64,000 nt of DNA from an uncultured bacterium (GTDB taxonomy: Bacteria; Patescibacteriota; Patescibacteriia; UBA9570; XYC2-FULL-38-9). Below are positions 57,651-64,000 of the stretch, one piece after another. Under the pieces are notes generated by a model. It had not been told where the DNA came from. It saw only the letters and a program-made list of their open reading frames with translations, and made no database searches. Made by a program: the position numbers and the translations under genes. The first letter of the stretch is position 1; the number at the start of each line of letters is the position of its first letter. Location of the stretch: the NCBI GenBank assembly GCA_937996685.1, contig CALKUP010000001.1:45322-109321 (forward strand), in the 5' to 3' direction.

Positions 57651-58720
57651 GTGAATTTCAGATTGAATACGAACATGATTCAGAGGACTTATGGGACAGT
57701 GGTCGTGCTTCGGCATATTTCCCGAGTCCCTTGGAGTCTTGGGATTGGAAGGCTGTGCAAGAAGGTGTTGGGAGAGTTTGTCATACAGTGCGAGTGCTGA
57801 CGAATAGCGGGGAATTGCTTGCGAGTACGCTTCTTGTTGAGATGCGCGGATCATTCGGCTTGTATTACTTGTTATCACCGCGGGGTCCTGTGTTAACGCA
57901 TGCGGCTCGGCTTGATTCAGCGCTGTGTGAGCGCATGATGCAAGCATTGCGAGGCGGTATTGCGGCGCATTTTCCAAAAGCATTATTTTGGCGTACAGAG
58001 CCTGATGCTCCTGTTGTGGTTCCGGTGTCTGGAATTCATTTTCAACCTGCGCCATGGAAAACATTCGCAGCCTTTCGGGTGCATGATGTACAGCCGGCGT
58101 GGACTCGCGTGTTGTCATTGCGTGGCGTGAGCGCAGAACAGCTACTTTCCCAAATGAAGCAGAAAACACGGTACAATATCCGCCTCGCTGAAAAGAAGGG
58201 GGTTGTTGTGCGGCAGGTGTTTCGAGATGCTGTGAGCGATGTGGAATGGAACGCGGTTGTCGATCAATGGATTGCATTGCAAGACGAAACAGCGCAACGA
58301 CATGGGATTCAGCATCATGGCGCGGATTATTATCGCGGGCTTGCTGGGGCGCAGTGGCGTGGTCGTTTTGTGTCGTTTGTTGAAGCGTCATACAACGGAG
58401 AAGTGATCGCAATGGCAGTTCTGTTGTCTGATGCAGGCGCCCAAACAGTGACGTATCTCTTCGGAGCCTCAAGTGGTCAATATATGAACGTGATGGCGCC
58501 CTATGCAGTGCAATGGCATGCAATTCAATATGCCTTGCAAGCTGGTTTCGGACAATATGATTTTTACGGCATTGCGCCACAAGGAGCTGCGGATACACAT
58601 TCGCTCGCAGCAGTGAGTCGCTTTAAAGAAGGATTTGGCGGTGAGGTGTTTGTCTATCCAGGAACCTACGATTTCCCCATTCGGCCATTTTTGTATAGTC
58701 TGTATAGACTAAAACGATAA
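57647..58720 (+). CDS. FemAB/FemX-family peptidoglycan interpeptide-bridge aminoacyltransferase
   Basis: Overall FemX pattern, notably YMNVMAPYAVQWHAIQYALQAGFGQYDFYGI (compare FemX ...YYAPYAVQ...IQWAL...YDLGGI). It overlaps ruvA by 4 nt and is moderately GC-elevated. Confidence 0.7.
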   Translation: MSEFQIEYEHDSEDLWDSGRASAYFPSPLESWDWKAVQEGVGRVCHTVRVLTNSGELLASTLLVEMRGSFGLYYLLSPRGPVLTHAARLDSALCERMMQALRGGIAAHFPKALFWRTEPDAPVVVPVSGIHFQPAPWKTFAAFRVHDVQPAWTRVLSLRGVSAEQLLSQMKQKTRYNIRLAEKKGVVVRQVFRDAVSDVEWNAVVDQWIALQDETAQRHGIQHHGADYYRGLAGAQWRGRFVSFVEASYNGEVIAMAVLLSDAGAQTVTYLFGASSGQYMNVMAPYAVQWHAIQYALQAGFGQYDFYGIAPQGAADTHSLAAVSRFKEGFGGEVFVYPGTYDFPIRPFLYSLYRLKR

Positions 58721-58724
58721 ACGT

Positions 58725-59657
58725 ATGACAAAACGGATTGTAACGATTGGCGGAGGTTCCGGACAACCTGAATTATTACGCGCTTTAAAACAATACCCAT
58801 ATCGACTGTCGGCGATTGTGTCGATGATGGACAACGGGGGATCGTCTGGGATATTGCGCGATGAAGAAGGCGTGCTGCCTCCTGGAGATTTGCGACGCAG
58901 CATCACCGCGCTTGCGGACGAGAGTGTCGCAGCTGACATGAGCACTGCCTGGGAAGAGCGAGACGAGGCAGGTCACGCGGCAGGGAATATTGCGTTGGTT
59001 GAAAAAACGCATGAATTTGGTGATATGCAATTGGCGGCTGACTGGTTTTTACAAGAGGCGCAATCAGAGCACGAAGCAATTTGTTCAACGCTTGAACCAA
59101 CGGATTTGGTGGCTGATTTTTCTGATGGAACACGTGTGTTCGGTGAACATGAAATTGATGTGCCAGAGGCGTCACGTCGTGATCCCAATGCACGTATTGA
59201 ATATTTGAGTTTAGAGCCTGTTGTATCAGCCGCGCCGCGTGCATTCCAGGCAATTAAATCAGCAGACGCGATTGTGTTATCAATGGGTGATGTGTTTACG
59301 AGCGTGATTCCGGTGTTGCTGCTTGAAGGGCTCAACGAGGCAATTGCAGATCGTCAGGCACTCGCGCGTATTCCTGTGATTGCGGTGTGTAATCGAACAA
59401 CAAAATTGGGAGAAACACATGGATTTTCAATGAAGCAATTACTTGATACATTTGCGCTCTATCTTGAGCCAGGAATACTAACTCATGCAATTGTTGATTC
59501 ATATAGTGTACCAGTGCCCGAAACCGCAGAAGCGTTTTCTGTAGAAGATATGGACACACCAATCTCAATATCTCGGGTTGATTTAAGTGATGAAAATAAT
59601 GCGGCAGTTGTCAGTGGATCGAAGGCCGCAAAAGCGATTCATGCAATTGTTCAATAA
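58725..59657 (+). CDS. YvcK/CofD-like (UPF0052) gluconeogenesis-factor family protein
   Basis: IVTIGGGSGQPELLRAL...SMMDNGGSSGILRDE is the UPF0052 hallmark. Confidence 0.75.
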   Translation: MTKRIVTIGGGSGQPELLRALKQYPYRLSAIVSMMDNGGSSGILRDEEGVLPPGDLRRSITALADESVAADMSTAWEERDEAGHAAGNIALVEKTHEFGDMQLAADWFLQEAQSEHEAICSTLEPTDLVADFSDGTRVFGEHEIDVPEASRRDPNARIEYLSLEPVVSAAPRAFQAIKSADAIVLSMGDVFTSVIPVLLLEGLNEAIADRQALARIPVIAVCNRTTKLGETHGFSMKQLLDTFALYLEPGILTHAIVDSYSVPVPETAEAFSVEDMDTPISISRVDLSDENNAAVVSGSKAAKAIHAIVQ

Positions 59658-59659
59658 GT

Positions 59660-60277
59660 ATGAAAAAACTCGTTATTGATTTTGACTACACAGTATTTAA
59701 CACAACGGCAATGCGACAGGCGTTTGTCGATGTTCTTGTAGCAAACCACGATATCTCACCAGAGATGTATCACGCAGCGGAACGGCAGATTGTTGAGACG
59801 CACGGCGGCTATCTACTAGATGCTCATCTCGCAGCACTAGCGGTTGATGCTGAGGAGCAAGCGATTATGATGCGTCATTGCTTGGAAGTTCTCAAGGGTG
59901 CTGGACAGTGGATCTATTCAGATGTGAAAGTGGCGCTAGAAGCGGCGCGTGAGAGTGGAGTGCATGTGACATTACTGTCGTTAGGGGATCCGCAATGGCA
60001 AGAATTAAAGATTGATGCGTCGGGTATTGCGCAGTGGTGTGATGAAGTGCTTGTGACGGCGAGTCCGAAGGTTGAGCAAGCGGCTGTGTTTGTTGGCGAC
60101 GACATTGTGTGTGTAAATGACAAGGGCGCAGAAATTGATGAAATTGCTGGAAAATATCCAGATATTCAGTGGTTTTGGGTGACGCGCCCGGAAGCGCCAT
60201 ATATTCACTTCATCCCAAAAACAACGCATGTGCAAGTCTCGAGTTTTTCTGAGATTTCTGCTATACTGACTGCATAA
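59660..60277 (+). CDS. HAD-superfamily hydrolase (putative)
   Basis: The N-terminal LVIDFDYTVFNT is the HAD motif I (DxD); 205 aa. Confidence 0.5.
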   Translation: MKKLVIDFDYTVFNTTAMRQAFVDVLVANHDISPEMYHAAERQIVETHGGYLLDAHLAALAVDAEEQAIMMRHCLEVLKGAGQWIYSDVKVALEAARESGVHVTLLSLGDPQWQELKIDASGIAQWCDEVLVTASPKVEQAAVFVGDDIVCVNDKGAEIDEIAGKYPDIQWFWVTRPEAPYIHFIPKTTHVQVSSFSEISAILTA

Positions 60278-60280
60278 TCA

Positions 60281-60541
60281 TTGAAATATCAACGATATAT
60301 GTCAGATCTGCAGTCACATAAAACCAATCGGATTGAAGCACTTGGAGCGCGTTTGACGTTTTCGTACTCAGAAGGTGTGTCTCGCACGGTTCTTGAAGAG
60401 CTTGAGGCGGCGATTAAAGAAGATCCGCATTTTTTCACAAATTTGTCAGCGGTTACGCCAATGCGCTGGACATCGACGCATACATATAAAGCGTATCATT
60501 TATTGCGTAAAGGAAATTACGAGTTAATTATTGAAGCATAA
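60281..60541 (+). CDS. small hypothetical protein
   Basis: 86-aa ORF between the HAD gene and xseA. The start may be the ATG at 60299. Confidence 0.35.
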   Translation: MKYQRYMSDLQSHKTNRIEALGARLTFSYSEGVSRTVLEELEAAIKEDPHFFTNLSAVTPMRWTSTHTYKAYHLLRKGNYELIIEA

Positions 60542-60544
60542 ATC

Positions 60545-61717
60545 ATGCGCATTTATTCGGTTTCAGAATACCGGGAAGAAGTCAACGAGCTTCTTGCGCA
60601 GGTGACGGTGGCAATTGAGGGTGAAATTTCGTCATACAATATGTCGCAAAATCGATTTGTGTGGTTTTCGTTATCTGACGGAACAACGCTGATTGATTGT
60701 TTTATGATGGCGTTTGCGTTGAAAGTCCCGCTGGCGGAAGGGATGCGCGTCCGGATTGTTGGAAGCCCAACCATGTTTAAAAAAGGCAAATTGGTGTTTC
60801 AGCCGCGACAAGTGGAATTGGTGGGCGATGGAGATTTGCAAAAATCGTTTGAGTTATTAAAAGCGCAACTTGAGAAAGAAGGATTGTTTAATGAATCGCG
60901 CAAACGTGCGTTGCCGCGTTTTCCAGAGCATATCGGTCTTGTAACCAGTCGTGACGCAGCGGCGTACACAGATATTATTCGTGTTCTCACAAATCGGTTC
61001 CCTGCATTGCGTGTGACCGTTGTGCATGTTCAGGTGCAAGGTAGCAGTGCTGTGGGGTCAGTTGTTGCGGGTCTGGAAAAACTGTACGCATTTGCAAAAA
61101 CAACACCATTAGACTGCATTGTGATTTCACGCGGTGGCGGCTCGATGGAAGACTTGCAAGCGTTTAATGCAGAAGAGGTTGTGCGTGCCGTGTTCCAATC
61201 GCCAGTGCCGACTGTTGCAGCAATTGGGCATGAGCGGGATACAACGCTCATTGATTTGGTTGCAGATGTGCGAGCCGCAACACCAAGTAATGCTGCGGAG
61301 CTGCTAACACCGCAAATTGATGACGTGATTGAAACGGTAGACGCATGGACAACGAAGGCGCAAAAAACCGTAATCTACCAATTGCAGACAATTGCACATC
61401 GTTTGGATATGATAGAGCAGCAATGCGTGCGCATCGCGAGTGCTCCAATGCAGCGTATGACACAGCTTGAAACACGATTACGCAATGCAGTGCAGCTCAT
61501 TCGGCAACAGATTGCGAGTAGTCAACAGCGAGTGGGAGATTTTGAATCATTGCTGCGACAGCTACATCCAGAGCAATTGTTGAAAAAAGGGTTCACAATC
61601 ACCCGCGACGCAAATGGCCGTATTATCAAAAGCGCGGCAGTTGCGCAAAAACAGGCGAGTGTCACCGTGCAGTTTGCGGATGGTTCTATTTCGACACGTC
61701 CGACAGTTGACCAATAA
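60545..61717 (+). CDS. xseA: exodeoxyribonuclease VII large subunit
   Basis: N-terminal OB-fold (VTVAIEGEISSYN...), then GLVTSRDAAAYTDIIRVLTNRFP and RGGGSMEDLQAFN, all typical XseA motifs. Confidence 0.85.
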   Translation: MRIYSVSEYREEVNELLAQVTVAIEGEISSYNMSQNRFVWFSLSDGTTLIDCFMMAFALKVPLAEGMRVRIVGSPTMFKKGKLVFQPRQVELVGDGDLQKSFELLKAQLEKEGLFNESRKRALPRFPEHIGLVTSRDAAAYTDIIRVLTNRFPALRVTVVHVQVQGSSAVGSVVAGLEKLYAFAKTTPLDCIVISRGGGSMEDLQAFNAEEVVRAVFQSPVPTVAAIGHERDTTLIDLVADVRAATPSNAAELLTPQIDDVIETVDAWTTKAQKTVIYQLQTIAHRLDMIEQQCVRIASAPMQRMTQLETRLRNAVQLIRQQIASSQQRVGDFESLLRQLHPEQLLKKGFTITRDANGRIIKSAAVAQKQASVTVQFADGSISTRPTVDQ

Positions 61718-61754
61718 TCATTAGTTTCCTAGGATAGGAAGAACAGTATTTTTT

Positions 61755-61985
61755 ATGCCAAAAACACCAGCCAAAAAAGGAGTCAAAAAAACCAGCGATG
61801 ATTTTCATATTGGAAAAGAAATGGAGGCACTGGAGCAAGCGATTGACGCGATTGAAAGTGAAGACGGTGATATTGATGCGTCTATTGAGCAGCTGACAAT
61901 TGCAATGGAAAAAGCCAAGCTCATTCGTGCGCATTTGAAACAAGCGCAATTACGAGTTGATGAATTAACAAGTAGTGATCTATGA
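61755..61985 (+). CDS. xseB: exodeoxyribonuclease VII small subunit
   Basis: FHIGKEMEALEQAIDAIESEDGDIDASIEQLTIAMEKAKLIRAHLKQAQLRVDEL is a typical XseB coiled coil; 76 aa. Confidence 0.85.
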   Translation: MPKTPAKKGVKKTSDDFHIGKEMEALEQAIDAIESEDGDIDASIEQLTIAMEKAKLIRAHLKQAQLRVDELTSSDL

Positions 61986-62938
61986 AAAAAATAGTAACAG
62001 TATTGTTTTTATACAGTGGAGATGATTGGGAGAAATCGGCCCCTTTTTTACAAACACCTTTTCAAGACAATGGATATCGAAATTTTTATACACGCGGCCT
62101 CAATGAATTCGGCATACTTTGTGTGCGAGCGTCTATTGATTGGTATCAAAACGGTGTCTGGCAAAAATATTGGACATTTGATGGTGAGCAATGGGTCAAG
62201 CATGACGAGTCTATTCGCCCAGATATTGTTGTTGATAAATCAGGTTTGTATTTCCCTTCGTATCAGAAGCTGCAGGACATGCAGCAACATGTGGTTTTGT
62301 TAAATGCATGGGAATTAAAAATGATCGCTTCTGATAAATTGATTACATCCGTTGTCTTTCAGGACTTGATGCCACAATCAAAATTAGTGTATACGACAGA
62401 TCAGCTGATTCAAGCAATCACGGGTATGGAATCGGCAGATATTGTAATCAAGCCGCAGCATGGCTTTGGTGGAAATGGGATTGTTATCTTGCCGGCAGAA
62501 GAAGCAAAGCAAGTAGAAATCCATGAGCCGTGTATTGTACAACCATTTATTGATACATCCGGTGGTATTCATGGCATTGTCCAAGGGTACCATGATTTAC
62601 GCGTTGTTGTGATGGGTGATAATCCGGCATATTCTTTTGTTCGTACTCCCGCTCCAGGTTCAAAGTTGTGTAATTTAGCACAAGGTGGCAGCGCGCTCTA
62701 TGTTCCGCTTGCTGATGTCCCATCCGCGGTCATGGATCTTATTACCCGTGTGCGACGTCAATTACAAACGTTTCCGCACTCGATTTATTCCGTTGATTTT
62801 TTGTTTGACGAACATCAAAAGCCGTGGATTGTTGAAATGAATGCCACGACCGGCCTTGATTATCGTGATGAGTCACCTGAGTTGAAGCAATTTGGTTACG
62901 ATGCGCATTTTCGTTATTTCCTTTCATTGGTAAAATAG
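61982..62938 (+). CDS. ATP-grasp domain protein (RimK/glutathione-synthetase-like ligase, unassigned)
   Basis: IVIKPQHGFGGNGIVIL, HDLRVVVMGD, NLAQGGSALYVP and PWIVEMNATTGLD follow the ATP-grasp pattern. The start overlaps the xseB stop by 4 nt. Confidence 0.6.
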   Translation: MKKIVTVLFLYSGDDWEKSAPFLQTPFQDNGYRNFYTRGLNEFGILCVRASIDWYQNGVWQKYWTFDGEQWVKHDESIRPDIVVDKSGLYFPSYQKLQDMQQHVVLLNAWELKMIASDKLITSVVFQDLMPQSKLVYTTDQLIQAITGMESADIVIKPQHGFGGNGIVILPAEEAKQVEIHEPCIVQPFIDTSGGIHGIVQGYHDLRVVVMGDNPAYSFVRTPAPGSKLCNLAQGGSALYVPLADVPSAVMDLITRVRRQLQTFPHSIYSVDFLFDEHQKPWIVEMNATTGLDYRDESPELKQFGYDAHFRYFLSLVK

Positions 62939-62959
62939 TGGCTCACGCATGTTATTGAT

Positions 62960-63778
62960 ATGATAAAAATTTTCTTTTCAATTATCGGAGTATGTATTGC
63001 CTTTTTGATTGGAGTGTTGTTTTTTTTATACATTACCGCGCCATCTCATTACACGGTATTAGTGATTGGTTCTGATCAACGCGGTGACGAACGGGCGCGA
63101 TCTGATGTCATGTTTGTGGTCAGTATTCCAAAATCCGGAGACAAGCAGCCGGTATTTTTGAGTGTGCCGCGTGACACGAAAGTGGAAGACAAAGAACACG
63201 GTTTGCAAAAAATGACGCATTTTTATGCGATGGGAGACCGAACGGATCCAAACAAAAAACTCGGCAACCGAACGCTCACACAAGAAAAAGTAGAAGATCT
63301 CCTTGATATTAAGGTCGACGGAACACTTGAAGTGACATTTGATTCTTTCCAAGAAATTATTGATAGCGTTGATGGTGTGTCATTAGAAGGAAAAAACACA
63401 ACTGGCTCACAAGCATTGGCGCGGATTCGTGATCGCTTCACAGAAGGTCGCTCTGATTTTGATCGTCAAGCAAATGAGCGTGAAGTCTTTCGGGGGATTT
63501 TAACAAAAATCAAAAGTCCAACAAAAGCACGTGCACTGTATGATTATTTTCAGACGTCGGATAAAGCCAATCTTGAAATCAACAAAGTTAAGCTGGCTCG
63601 ATTCGCTTTTGGAGCTGGAATTGCTCGGGGCGGTGACGTGAGTATTGGTGAAATGAAAGAATTAGAAGTTCCAGGAAAGGGTGAAAAAATCTACACACCA
63701 TCCTTTGGAAAGGCGTTATATTATTGGGTTGTTGACGAACCAGAGCTCAAAAAAATCGTGGACGAAAACTTAAAATAG
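62960..63778 (+). CDS. LytR-CpsA-Psr (LCP) family cell-wall glycopolymer transferase
   Basis: N-terminal TM anchor, then LVIGSDQRGDERARSDVMFVVSIP...LSVPRDTKVE, which is the LCP hallmark. Confidence 0.8.
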   Translation: MIKIFFSIIGVCIAFLIGVLFFLYITAPSHYTVLVIGSDQRGDERARSDVMFVVSIPKSGDKQPVFLSVPRDTKVEDKEHGLQKMTHFYAMGDRTDPNKKLGNRTLTQEKVEDLLDIKVDGTLEVTFDSFQEIIDSVDGVSLEGKNTTGSQALARIRDRFTEGRSDFDRQANEREVFRGILTKIKSPTKARALYDYFQTSDKANLEINKVKLARFAFGAGIARGGDVSIGEMKELEVPGKGEKIYTPSFGKALYYWVVDEPELKKIVDENLK

Positions 63779-63821
63779 TGCTATAATATCAGAAATTCAG
63801 TTTATTTTTAGCTATTTTTGT

Positions 63822-64000
63822 ATGTCCGAAAAAATAACCCACCCTGCAGAGGTGGAACCGGCTATTGAGGGTTCGGAAGTTGGTCGGGAGATATTTGATG
63901 CGCAGTGGTACGCTGAATTTGTAGAGCTCGGCTCATTTCAAGCGTATGAATATTTTGATGACAGTAAAGCATCTGTAGAACAACCAGAAAAAACTCGACG
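63822..64000 (+). CDS. hypothetical protein, 5' fragment that runs off the window
   Basis: ORF beginning MSEKITHPAEVEPAIEGSEVGREIFDAQWYAEF... with no stop before the window end. Confidence 0.3.
   Translation, partial: MSEKITHPAEVEPAIEGSEVGREIFDAQWYAEFVELGSFQAYEYFDDSKASVEQPEKTR

Noticed and set aside
57645-58598. 317-aa minus-strand ORF antisense to the FemX-like gene
   Set aside because: The + strand carries clear FemAB-family conservation. The antisense frame is a by-product of elevated GC.

Overview
This 64 kb window looks like a chromosomal segment of a reduced-genome bacterium of moderate G+C, judged by eye. It encodes housekeeping functions and Gram-positive-type cell-wall functions. 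The housekeeping set is tyrS, uvrB, rpsT, holA, polA, proS, yebC, ruvC, ruvA, xseAB, mscL and rlmH. The cell-wall set is a FemX-like aminoacyltransferase, an LCP transferase and galU. The gene content, a lamin-tail-domain surface protein, several GT-C-like membrane proteins and archaeal-type ProRS and RibL are consistent with a CPR/Patescibacteria organism, possibly Saccharibacteria-like. This attribution is an inference. There is a 23S-5S rRNA pair with no 16S within 2 kb, plus two tRNA-Leu genes and one tRNA-Ser gene. Three things stand out. (1) A two-gene module sits between ruvC and ruvA under its own promoter. It is a secreted PKD-domain protein with a 7-TM C-terminus, followed by a RimK-like ATP-grasp ligase fused to a DSGA retropepsin-like protease domain. 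(2) A cluster of five paralogous TrbC/VirB2-like small membrane pilin proteins, one of them a long cysteine-rich variant, lies between galU plus a solute-binding protein and two GT-C-like membrane proteins. (3) About ten short, visibly G+C-rich islets each carry a single ORF and sit in intergenic positions, several beside tRNA or rRNA genes. They include a complete high-GC purA, a GNAT acetyltransferase, an HNH-like protein and a secreted beta-rich protein. They read as repeated horizontal acquisitions from a high-GC donor. No CRISPR array, transposase or integrase was seen. Hand-indexed coordinates may be off by 1-2 nt.
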